From positions 19,592,001 through 19,656,000 of the forward strand of contig OZ059899.1 of NCBI GenBank assembly GCA_964057225.1: a stretch of DNA of 64,000 bases. The letters are read 5' to 3'. The notes under the pieces were generated by a model. It did no database searches. It was not told where the DNA came from and saw nothing but the letters and a program-made list of their open reading frames with translations. Source of the DNA: Auanema rhodensis. Lineage: Eukaryota > Animalia > Nematoda. Positions 52,871 through 64,000 of this stretch are shown piece after piece. The translations under genes and the position numbers were made by a program. Positions within the stretch are counted from its first letter, which is position 1, and the number at the start of each line of letters is the position of its first letter.

Positions 52871-53518
52871 ATTTGAAACGAAAAAATAGTTCATATTAGA
52901 TTCAAATGAATTTGTTGCAAGATGATGAAAAATCTCATAAAAATGGAAAACCAGCTAGAGCACTGAAGCTATGCAGAAGCAAAATCTTAAAACAAACGAA
53001 GCAATAATCAAATCCAATATTACAAGAAACAATGAAATTCAATGCTTTTTAAAACGAAAAAATAATTCATATTAGATTCAATTGAATTTCTTGTAAGATG
53101 ATGAAAAATCTCATAAAAATGGAAAACCAGCTAGAGCACTGAAGCTATGCAAAAGCAAAATCTTAAAACAAACGAAGTAATAATCAAATCCAATATTACA
53201 AGAAACAATGAAATTCAATGCTTTTTAAAACGAAAAAATAATTCATGTTAGATTTAAATGAATTTGTTGTAAGATGATGAAAATTCTCATAAAAAGTGAA
53301 AACCAGCTAGAGCAGTAAACACAGGACATGTAGTAGCAAAAATTTTAAAGCTAACAAAGCAATAATCAAATCCAATATTACAAGAAACAATGAAATTCAA
53401 TGCTTTTTCAAACGAAAAAATAATTCATGTTAGATTTAAATGAATTTGTTGTAAGATGATGAAAAATCTCATAAAAAGTGAAAACCAGCTAGAGCAGTAA
53501 ACACAGCACATGTAGTAG
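52867..53518 (-). repeat. Inverted SatC stub, ~3.6 diverged monomers
   Basis: tactatttgaaacgaaaaaatagttcatattagattcaaatgaatttg is the reverse complement of the SatC variant caaattcatttgaatctaatatgaactattttttcgtttcaaatagta. The block ends at ...acacagcacatgtagtag (53518). Confidence 0.97.
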
Positions 53519-53535
53519 GTGTGAGTATGCTGAGT
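53511..53535. other. Inverted SatC/inverted SatB junction with 6-bp filler GTGTGA
   Basis: SatC(-) ends ...tgtagtag (53518), gtgtga occupies 53519-53524, and SatB(-) starts gtatgctgagtttccatg (53525). Confidence 0.88.
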
Positions 53536-56500
53536 TTCCATGTACACTCAACATTGCTTCCAAAAACATTTTGACAAAAATTTTCCCGAAAAATTTCAGA
53601 ATAATTGCACAAAAAGTAGATGGTTTTAAATTCTTTTTTTGAGGCAAAGACGATGAACAATGTTATTCAACGAAAAAATTAATTCTTCAGGGTGAAAATC
53701 GAGGATATAAGTGTGAACTTATATCAGTTGATATCTCGGTGCATTTTCAAGCTAGCGCAAATCTGATAACATAGATCGACGCAGCTTAAAAATCCGCATC
53801 AAAAGCACTATATTACATTGAAAAACGCTCAATACAAAAATTAGTTATGATCGTTTGAAAAATGATGCATTAGTGTATGTTGAGTTTCCATGTACACTCA
53901 ACATTGCTTCCAAAAACATTTTGACAAAAATTTTCCCGAAAAATTTCAGAATAATTGCACAAAAAGTAGATGTTTTTAAATTCCTTTTTCCAAGGCAAAG
54001 ACGATGGACAATGTTATTCAACGAAAAAATTAATTCTTCAGGGTGAAAATCGAGGATATAAGTGTGAACTTATATCAGTTGATATCTCGGTGCATTTTCA
54101 AGCTAGCGCAAATCTGATAACACAGATCGACGCAGCTTAAAAATCCGCATCGAATGCACTATACAACATTGAGAAACGCTTAATACAAAAATTAGTTATG
54201 ATCGTTTGAAAAATGATGCATTAGTGTATGTTGAGTTTCCATGTACACTCAACATAGCTTCCAAAAACATTTTGACAAAAATTTTTCCGAAAAATTTCGA
54301 AATAAATTCGCAAAAAGTAGATGTTTTTAGATTCCTTTTCTCAAGGCAAAGACGATGGACAATGTTATTCAACGAAAAAATTAATTCTGCAGGGTGAAAA
54401 TCGAGGATATAAGTGTGAACTTATATCAGTTGATATCTCGGTGCATTTTTAAGCTAGCGCAAATCTGATAACACAGATCGACGCAGCTTAAAAATCCGCA
54501 TCGAATGCACTATACTGCATTGAGAAACGCTTATTACAAAAGTTAGTTATGATCGTTTGAAAAATGATGCATTAGTGTATGTTGAGTTTCCATGTACACT
54601 CAACATTGCTTCCAAAAACATTTTGACAAAAATTTTTCCGAAAAATTTTAAAATAATTTCGCAAAAAGTCGATGTTTTTAGATTTCTTTTTTCAAGGCAA
54701 AGACGATGGACAATGTTATTCAACGAAAAAATTATTTCTGCAGGGTGAAAATCGAGGATATAAGTGTGAACTTATATCAGTTGATATCTCGGTGCATTTT
54801 TAAGCTAGCGCAAATCTGATAACACAGATCGACGCAGCTTAAAAATCCGCATCGAATGCACTATACTACATTGAGAAACGCTTGATACAAAAATTAGGTA
54901 TGATCGTTTGAAAAATGATGCATTAGTGTATGTTGAGTTTCCATGTACACTCAACATTGCTTCCAAAAACATTTTGACAAAAATTTTTCCGAAAAATTTC
55001 GAAAAAATTTCGCGAAAAGTAGATGTTTTTAGATTCCTTTTTTCAAGGCAAAGACGATGGACAATGTTATTCAACGAAAAAATTATTTCTGCAGGGTGAA
55101 AATCGAGGATATAAGTGTGAACTTATATCAGTTGATATCTCGGTGCATTTTTAAGCTAGCGCAAATCTGATAACACAGATCGACGCAGCTTAAAAATCCG
55201 CATCGAATGCACTATACAACATTGAGAAACGCTTAATACAAAAATTAGTTATGATCGTTTGAAAAATGATGCATTAGTGTATGTTGAGTTTCCATGTACA
55301 CTCAACATTGCTTCCAAAAACATTTTGACAAAAATTTTTCCGAAAAATTTCAAAATAATTTCGCGAAAAGTAGATGTTTTTAGATTCCTTTTTTCAAGGC
55401 AAAGACGATGGACAATGTTATTCAACGAAAAAATTATTTCTGCAGGGTGAAAATCGAGGATATAAGTGTGAACTTATATCAGTTGATATCTCGGTGCATT
55501 TTTAAGCTAGCGCAAATCTGATAACACAGATCGACGCAGCTTAAAAATCCGCATCGAATGCACTCCACAACATTGAGAAACGCTCAATACAAAAATTAGT
55601 TATGATCGTTTGAAAAATGATGCATTAGTGTATGTTGAGTTTCCATGTACACTCAACATTGCTTCCAAAAACATTTTGATAAAAATTTTTCCGAAAAATT
55701 TCGAAATAATTTCGCGAAAAGTAGATGTTTTTAGATTCCTTTTTTCAAGGCAAAGACGATGGACAATGTTATTCAACGAAAAAATTATTTCTGCAGGGTG
55801 AAAATCGAGGATATAAGTGTGAACTTATATCAGTTGATATCTCGGTGCATTTTTAAGCTAGCGCAAATCTGATAACACAGATCGACGCAGCTTAAAAATC
55901 CGCATCGAATGCACTATACAACATTAAGAAACGCTTAATACAAAAATTAGTTATGATCGTTTGAAAAATGATGCATTAGTGTATGCTGAGTTTCCATGTA
56001 CACTCAACATTGCTTCCAAAAACATTTTGACAAAAATTTTCCCGAAAAATTTCAGAATAATTGCACAAAAAGTAGATGGTTTTAAATTCTTTTTTTGAGG
56101 CAAAGACGATGAACAATGTTATTCAACGAAAAAATTAATTCTTCAGGGTGAAAATCGAGGATATAAGTGTGAACTTATATCAGTTGATATCTCGGTGCAT
56201 TTTCAAGCTAGCGCAAATCTGATAACATAGATCGACGCAGCTTAAAAATCCGCATCAAAAGCACTATATTACATTGAAAAACGCTCAATACAAAAATTAG
56301 TTATGATCGTTTGAAAAATGATGCATTAGTGTATGTTGAGTTTCCATGTACACTCAACATTGCTTCCAAAAACATTTTGACAAAAATTTTCCCGAAAAAT
56401 TTCAGAATAATTGCACAAAAAGTAGATGTTTTTAAATTCCTTTTTCCAAGGCAAAGACGATGGACAATGTTATTCAACGAAAAAATTAATTCTTCAGGGT

Positions 56501-58436
56501 GAAAATCGAGGATATAAGTGTGAACTTATATCAGTTGATATCTCGGTGCATTTTCAAGCTAGCGCAAATCTGATAACACAGATCGACGCAGCTTAAAAAT
56601 CCGCATCGAATGCACTATACAACATTGAGAAACGCTTAATACAAAAATTAGTTATGATCGTTTGAAAAATGATGCATTAGTGTATGTTGAGTTTCCATGT
56701 ACACTCAACATAGCTTCCAAAAACATTTTGACAAAAATTTTTCCGAAAAATTTCGAAATAAATTCGCAAAAAGTAGATGTTTTTAGATTCCTTTTCTCAA
56801 GGCAAAGACGATGGACAATGTTATTCAACGAAAAAATTAATTCTGCAGGGTGAAAATCGAGGATATAAGTGTGAACTTATATCAGTTGATATCTCGGTGC
56901 ATTTTTAAGCTAGCGCAAATCTGATAACACAGATCGACGCAGCTTAAAAATCCGCATCGAATGCACTATACTGCATTGAGAAACGCTTATTACAAAAGTT
57001 AGTTATGATCGTTTGAAAAATGATGCATTAGTGTATGTTGAGTTTCCATGTACACTCAACATTGCTTCCAAAAACATTTTGACAAAAATTTTTCCGAAAA
57101 ATTTTAAAATAATTTCGCAAAAAGTCGATGTTTTTAGATTTCTTTTTTCAAGGCAAAGACGATGGACAATGTTATTCAACGAAAAAATTATTTCTGCAGG
57201 GTGAAAATCGAGGATATAAGTGTGAACTTATATCAGTTGATATCTCGGTGCATTTTTAAGCTAGCGCAAATCTGATAACACAGATCGACGCAGCTTAAAA
57301 ATCCGCATCGAATGCACTATACTACATTGAGAAACGCTTGATACAAAAATTAGGTATGATCGTTTGAAAAATGATGCATTAGTGTATGTTGAGTTTCCAT
57401 GTACACTCAACATTGCTTCCAAAAACATTTTGACAAAAATTTTTCCGAAAAATTTCGAAAAAATTTCGCGAAAAGTAGATGTTTTTAGATTCCTTTTTTC
57501 AAGGCAAAGACGATGGACAATGTTATTCAACGAAAAAATTATTTCTGCAGGGTGAAAATCGAGGATATAAGTGTGAACTTATATCAGTTGATATCTCGGT
57601 GCATTTTTAAGCTAGCGCAAATCTGATAACACAGATCGACGCAGCTTAAAAATCCGCATCGAATGCACTATACAACATTGAGAAACGCTTAATACAAAAA
57701 TTAGTTATGATCGTTTGAAAAATGATGCATTAGTGTATGTTGAGTTTCCATGTACACTCAACATTGCTTCCAAAAACATTTTGACAAAAATTTTTCCGAA
57801 AAATTTCAAAATAATTTCGCGAAAAGTAGATGTTTTTAGATTCCTTTTTTCAAGGCAAAGACGATGGACAATGTTATTCAACGAAAAAATTATTTCTGCA
57901 GGGTGAAAATCGAGGATATAAGTGTGAACTTATATCAGTTGATATCTCGGTGCATTTTTAAGCTAGCGCAAATCTGATAACACAGATCGACGCAGCTTAA
58001 AAATCCGCATCGAATGCACTATACAACATTGAGAAACGCTCAATACAAAAATTAGTTATGATCGTTTGAAAAATGATGCATTAGTGTATGTTGAGTTTCC
58101 ATGTACACTCAACATTGCTTCCAAAAACATTTTGATAAAAATTTTTCCGAAAAATTTCGAAATAATTTCGCGAAAAGTAGATGTTTTTAGATTCCTTTGT
58201 TCAAGGCAAAGACGATGGACAATGTTATTCAACGAAAAAATTATTTCTGCAGGGTGAAAATCGAGGATATAAGTGTGAACTTATATCAGTTGATATCTCG
58301 GTGCATTTTTAAGCTAGCGCAAATCTGATAACACAGATCGACGCAGCTTAAAAATCCGCATCGAATGCACTATACAACATTAAGAAACGCTTAATACAAA
58401 AATTAGTTATGATCGTTTGAAAAATGATGCATTAGT
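53525..58436 (-). repeat. Inverted SatB tandem 7-mer duplication (2456 bp x2) starting at the junction
   Basis: gtatgctgag occurs at 53525 and 55981. ORF translations are identical in pairs 53855/56311, 54206/56662, 54557/57013, 54908/57364 and 55259/57715. Confidence 0.92.
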
Positions 58437-59820
58437 GTATGTTGAGTTTCCATGTACACTCAACATTGCTTCCAAAAACATTTTGACAAAAATTTTTCCG
58501 AAAAATTTCAAAATAATTTCGCGAAAAGTAGATGTTTTTAGATTCCTTTTTTCAAGGCAAAGACGATGGACAATGTTATTCAACGAAAAAATTAATTCTT
58601 CAGGGTGAAAATCGAGGATATAAGTGTGAACTTATATCAGTTGATATCTCGGTGCATTTTTAAGCTAGCGCAAATCTGATAACACAGATCGAAGCAGCTT
58701 AAAAATCCGCATCGAGTGCATTATACTACATTGAGAAACGCTCAATACAAAAATTAGTTATGATCGTTTGAAAAATGATGCATTAGTGTATGTTGAGTTT
58801 CCATGTACACTCAACAATGCTTCCAAAAACATTTTGATAAAAATTTTTCCGAAAAATTTCAAAATAATTTCGCGAAAAGTAGATGTTTTTAGATTCCTTT
58901 TTTCAAGGCAAAGACGATGGACAATGTTATTCAACGAAAAAATTATTTCTGCAGGGTGAAAATCGAGGATATAAGTGTGAACTTATATCAGTTGATATCT
59001 CGGTGCATTTTTAAGCTAGCGCAATTCTGATAACACAGATCGACGCAGCTTAAAAATCCGCATCGAATGCACTATACAACATTGAGAAACGCTTAATACA
59101 AAAATTAGTTATGATCGTTTGAAAAATGATGCATTAGTGTATGTTGAGTTTCCATGTACACTCAACATTGCTTCCAAAAACATTTTGATAAAAATTTTTC
59201 CGAAAAATTTCAAAATAATTTCGCGAAAAGTAGATGTTTTTAGATTCCTTTTTTCAAGGCAAAGACGATGGACAATGTTATTCAACGAAAAAATTATTTC
59301 TGCAGGGTGAAAATCGAGGATATAAGTGTGAACTTATATCAGTTGATATCTCGGTGCATTTTTAAGCTAGCGCAAATCTGATAACACAGATCGACGCAGC
59401 TTAAAAATCCGCATCGAATGCACTATACAACATTGAGAAACGCTTAATACAAAAATTAGTTATGATCGTTTGAAAAATGATGCATTAGTGTATGTTGAGT
59501 TTCCATGTACACTCAACATTGCTTCCAAAAACATTTTGATAAAAATTTTTCCGAAAAATTTCAAAATAATTTCGCGAAAAGTAGATGTTTTTAGATTCCT
59601 TTTTTCAAGGCAAAGACGATGGACAATGTTATTCAACGAAAAAATTATTTCTGCAGGGTGAAAATCGAGGATATAAGTGTGAACTTATATCAGTTGATAT
59701 CTCGGTGCATTTTTAAGCTAGCGCAAATCTGATAACACAGATCGACGCAGCTTAAAAATCCGCATCGAATGGACTATACAACATTAAGAAACGCTTAATA
59801 CAAAAATTAGTTATGATCGT

Positions 59821-62820
59821 TTGAAAAATGATGCATTAGTGTATGTTGAGTTTCCATGTACACTCAACATTGCTTCCAAAAACATTTTGATAAAAATTTT
59901 TCCGAAAAATTTCAAAATAATTTCGCGAAAAGTAGATGTTTTTAGATTCCTTTTTTCAAGGCAAAGACGATGGACAATGTTATTCAACGAAAAAATCAAT
60001 TCTCCAGGGTGAAAATCGAGGATATAAGTGTGAACTTATATCAGTTGATATCTCGGTGCATTTTTAAGCTAGCGCAAATCTGATAATACAGATCGACGCA
60101 GCTTAAAAATCCGCATCGAATGCACTATACTGCATTGAGAAACGCTTAATACAAAAGTTAGTTATGATCGTTTGAAAAATGATGCATTAGTGTATGTTGA
60201 GTTTCCATGTACACTCAACATTGCTTCCAAAAACATTTTGACAAAAATTTTTCCGAAAAATTTCGAAAAAATTTCGCGAAAAGTAGATGTTTTTAGATTC
60301 CTTTTTTCAAGGCAAATACGATGGACAATGTTATTCAACGAAAAAATTATTTCTGCAGGGTGAAAATCGAGGATATAAGTGTGAACTTATATCAGTTGAT
60401 ATCTCGGTGCATTTTTAAGCTAGCGCAAATCTGATAATACAGATCGACGCAGCTTAAAAATCCGCATCGAATGCACTATACAACATTGAGAAACGCTTAA
60501 TACAAAAGTTAGTTATGATCGTTTGAAAAATGATGCATTAGTGTATGTTGAGTTTCCATGTACACTCAACATTGCTTCCAAAAACATTTTGACAAAAATT
60601 TTTTCGAAAAATTTCGAGAAAATTTCGCGAAAAGTAGATGTTTTTAGATTCCTTTTTCCAAGGCAAAGACGATGGACAATGTTATTCAACGAAAAAATTA
60701 TTTCTGCAGGGTGAAAATCCAGGATATATATGTGAACTTATATCAGTTGATATCTCGGTGCATTTTTAAGCTAGCGCAAATCTGATAACACAGATCGACG
60801 CAGCTTGAAAATCCGCATCGAATGCACTATACAACATTGAGAAACGCTTGATACAAAAATTAGTTATGATCGTTTGAAAAATGATGCATTAGTGTATGTT
60901 GAGTTTCCATGTACACTCAACATTGCTTCCAAAAACATTTTGACAAAAATTTTTCCGAAAAATTTCAAATTAATTTCGCGAAAAGTAGATGTTTTTAAAT
61001 TCCTTTTTTCAAGGCAAAGACGATGGACAATGTTATTCAACGAAAAAATTATTTCTGCAGGGTGAAAATCGAGGATATAAGTGTGAACTTATATCAGTTG
61101 ATATCTCGGTGCATTTTTAAGCTAGCGCAAATCTGATAACACAGATCGACGCAGCTTAAAAATCCGCATCGAATGCACTATACAACATTGAGAAACGCTC
61201 AATACAAAAATTAGTTATGATCGTTTGAAAAATGATGCATTAGTGTATGTTGAGTTTCCATGTACACTCAACATTGCTTCCAAAAACATTTTGATAAAAA
61301 TTTTTCCGAAAAATTTCAAAATAATTTCGCGAAAAGTAGATGTTTTTAGATTCCTTTTTTCAAGGCAAAGACGATGGACAATGTTATTCAACGAAAAAAT
61401 CAATTCTCCAGGGTGAAAATCGAGGATATAAGTGTGAACTTATATCAGTTGATATCTCGGTGCATTTTTAAGCTAGCGCAAATCTGATAATACAGATCGA
61501 CGCAGCTTAAAAATCCGCATCGAATGCACTATACTGCATTGAGAAACGCTCAATACAAAAGTTAGTTATGATCGTTTGAAAAATGATGCATTAGTGTATG
61601 TTGAGTTTCCATGTACACTCAACATTGCTTCCAAAAACATTTTGACAAAAATTTTTCCGAAAAATTTCGAAAAAATTTCGCGAAAAGTAGATGTTTTTAG
61701 ATTCCTTTTTTCAAGGCAAATACGATGGACAATGTTATTCAACGAAAAAATTATTTCTGCAGGGTGAAAATCGAGGATATAAGTGTGAACTTATATCAGT
61801 TGATATCTCGGTGCATTTTTAAGCTAGCGCAAATCTGATAATACAGATCGACGCAGCTTAAAAATCCGCATCGAATGCACTATACAACATTGAGAAACGC
61901 TTAATACAAAAGTTAGTTATGATCGTTTGAAAAATGATGCATTAGTGTATGTTGAGTTTCCATGTACACTCAACATTGCTTCCAAAAACATTTTGACAAA
62001 AATTTTTTCGAAAAATTTCGAGAAAATTTCGCGAAAAGTAGATGTTTTTAGATTCCTTTTTCCAAGGCAAAGACGATGGACAATGTTATTCAACGAAAAA
62101 ATTATTTCTGCAGGGTGAAAATCCAGGATATAAGTGTGAACTTATATCAGTTGATATCTCGGTGCATTTTTAAGCTAGCGCAAATCTGATAACACAGATC
62201 GACGCAGCTTAAAAATCCGCATCGAATGCACTATACAACATTGAGAAACGCTCAATACAAAAATTAGTTATGATCGTTTGAAAAATGATGCATTAGTGTA
62301 TGTTGAGTTTCCATGTACACTCAACATTGCTTCCAAAAACATTTTGACAAAAATTTTTCCGAAAAATTTCAAATTAATTTCGCGAAAAGTAGATGTTTTC
62401 AAATTCCTTTTTTCAAGGCAAAGACGATGGACAATGTTATTCAACGAAAAAATTATTTCTGCAGGGTGAAAATCGAGAATATAAGTGTGAACTTATATCA
62501 GTTGATATCTCGGTGCATTTTTAAGCTAGCGCAAATCTGATAACACAGATCGACGCAGCTTAAAAATCCGCATCGAATGCACTATACAACATTGAGAAAC
62601 GCTCAATACAAAAATTAGTTATGATCGTTTGAAAAATGATGCATTAGTGTATGTTGAGTTTCCATGTACACTCAACATTGCTTCCAAAAACATTTTGATA
62701 AAAATTTTTCCGAAAAATTTCAAAATAATTTCGCGAAAAGTAGATGTTTTTAGATTCCTTTTTTCAAGGCAAAGACGATGGACAATGTTATTCAACGAAA
62801 AAATTAATTCTCCAGGGTGA
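59821..62820 (-). repeat. Inverted SatB 4-mer higher-order repeat (1404 bp, ~2 copies)
   Basis: Translations are identical at 59821/61225/62629, 60172/61576, 60523/61927 and 60874/62278. Confidence 0.88.
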
Positions 62821-64000
62821 AAATCGAGGATATAAGTGTGAACTTATATCAGTTGATATCTCGGTGCATTTTTAAGCTAGCGCAAATCTGATAATACAGA
62901 TCGACGCAGCTTAAAAATCCGCATCGAATGCACTATACTGCATTGAGAAACGCTTAATACAAAAGTTAGTTATGATCGTTTGAAAAAAGATGCATTAGTG
63001 TATGTTGAGTTTCCATGTACACTCAACATAGCTTCCAAAAACATTTTGACAAAAATTTTTCCGAAAAATTTCGAAATAAATTTGCAAAAAGTAGATGTTT
63101 TTAGATTCCTTTTTTCAAGGCAAAGACGATGGACAATGTTATTCAACGAAAAAATTAATTCTGCAGGGTGAAAATCGAGGATATAAGTGTGAACTTATAT
63201 CAGTTGATATCTCGGTGCATTTTTAAGCTAGCGCAAATCTGATAATACAGATCGACGCAGCTTAAAAATCCGCATCGAATGCACTATACTGCATTGAGAA
63301 ACGCTTAATACAAAAGTTAGTTATGATCGTTTGAAAAATGATGCATTAGTGTATGTTGAGTTTCCATGTACACTCAACATTGCTTCCAAAAACATTTTGA
63401 CAAAAATTTTTCCGAAAAATTTCGAAAAAATTTCGCGAAAAGTAGATGTTTTTAGATTCCTTTTTTCAAGGCAAATACGATGGACAATGTTATTCAACGA
63501 AAAAATTATTTCTGCAGGGTGAAAATCGAGGATATAAGTGTGAACTTATATCAGTTGATATCTCGGTGCATTTTTAAGCTAGCGCAAATCTGATAACACA
63601 GATCGACGCAGCTTGAAAATCCGCATCAAATGCACTATACAACATTGAGAAACGCTTAATACAAAAATTAGTTATGATCGTTTGAAAAATGATGCATTAG
63701 TGTATGTTGAGTTTCCATGTACACTCAACATTGCTTCCAAAAACATTTTGATAAAAATTTTTCCGAAAAATTTCAAAATAATTTCGCGAAAAGTAGATGT
63801 TTTTAGATTCCTTTTTTCAAGGCAAAGACGATGGACAATGTGTATTCAACGAAAAAATTATTTCTGCAGGGTGAAAATCGAGGATATAAGTGTGAACTTA
63901 TATCAGTTGATATCTCGGTGCATTTTAAAGCTAGCGCAAATCTGATAATACAGATCGACGCAGCTTAAAAATCCGCATCGAATGCACTATACAACATTGA

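Larger units (their letters stand above)
53525..64000 (-). repeat. Satellite array SatB (inverted), 351-bp monomer, ~30 copies, a distinct subfamily (runs off the right edge)
   Basis: This is the reverse complement of SatB: the same 63-codon frame (MKNDALVYVEFPCTLNIA...) now appears on + every 351 bp. Diagnostic variants ttttccgaaaaa, tctgcagggtg and aggcaaagacg dominate. Confidence 0.99.

Noticed and set aside
17191-63945. Repeated 62-89 aa ORFs (MKNDALVYVEFPCTLNIA..., MIFSLNNIVHR...)
   Set aside because: Each is a reading frame inside the SatB monomer, and the main frames begin at TTG rather than ATG. Both strands give overlapping ORFs, the F/K/I/N-rich composition reflects A/T tracts, many left-arm monomers carry stops or frameshifts, many variants change amino acids, and no domain is recognisable.
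1-64000. Assignment to a named satellite family or species (alpha satellite, CEN180, Drosophila 359-bp, Tribolium TCAST)
   Set aside because: Monomer sizes are similar but I do not recognise the sequences. A BLAST/Dfam search of the three consensus monomers is needed.
1-64000. rRNA, tRNA, 5S, spliced-leader or telomeric tandem arrays
   Set aside because: No monomer contains recognisable conserved RNA-gene motifs or telomeric short repeats.
52200-64000. Right arm as a recent fold-back duplication or artefactual mirror copy of the left arm
   Set aside because: Monomer order is not mirrored, the B/C junction sequences differ, and the SatB subfamilies have distinct diagnostic variants.

Overview
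This window is entirely AT-rich eukaryotic-type satellite DNA. I find no credible genes, RNA genes, CRISPR arrays or intact transposons. It holds three unrelated tandem-repeat families in five blocks: SatA (176-bp monomer, ~98 copies, 1-17222), SatB (351-bp monomer, ~54 copies, 17228-36298), SatC (182-bp monomer, ~91 copies, 36299-52837), an inverted SatC stub (~3.6 copies, 52867-53518) and inverted SatB (~30 copies, 53525 to the window end). The order A>B>C><C<B is a mirror arrangement around ~52850, which is also where SatC is most diverged. All four junctions are sharp and carry short filler, mostly resembling nearby sequence. Each array contains local multi-monomer duplications. Monomer lengths are about one nucleosome repeat (176, 182) or two (351). 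Each family carries conserved dyads or hairpins: E-box CACGTG sites in SatA, four stem-loops in SatB and a 12-bp palindrome in SatC. Many variants are CpG-to-TpG/CpA transitions. The best reading is (peri)centromeric heterochromatin, but neither function nor organism can be determined from this sequence. The supplied ORFs are artefacts of the SatB monomer or of junctions.
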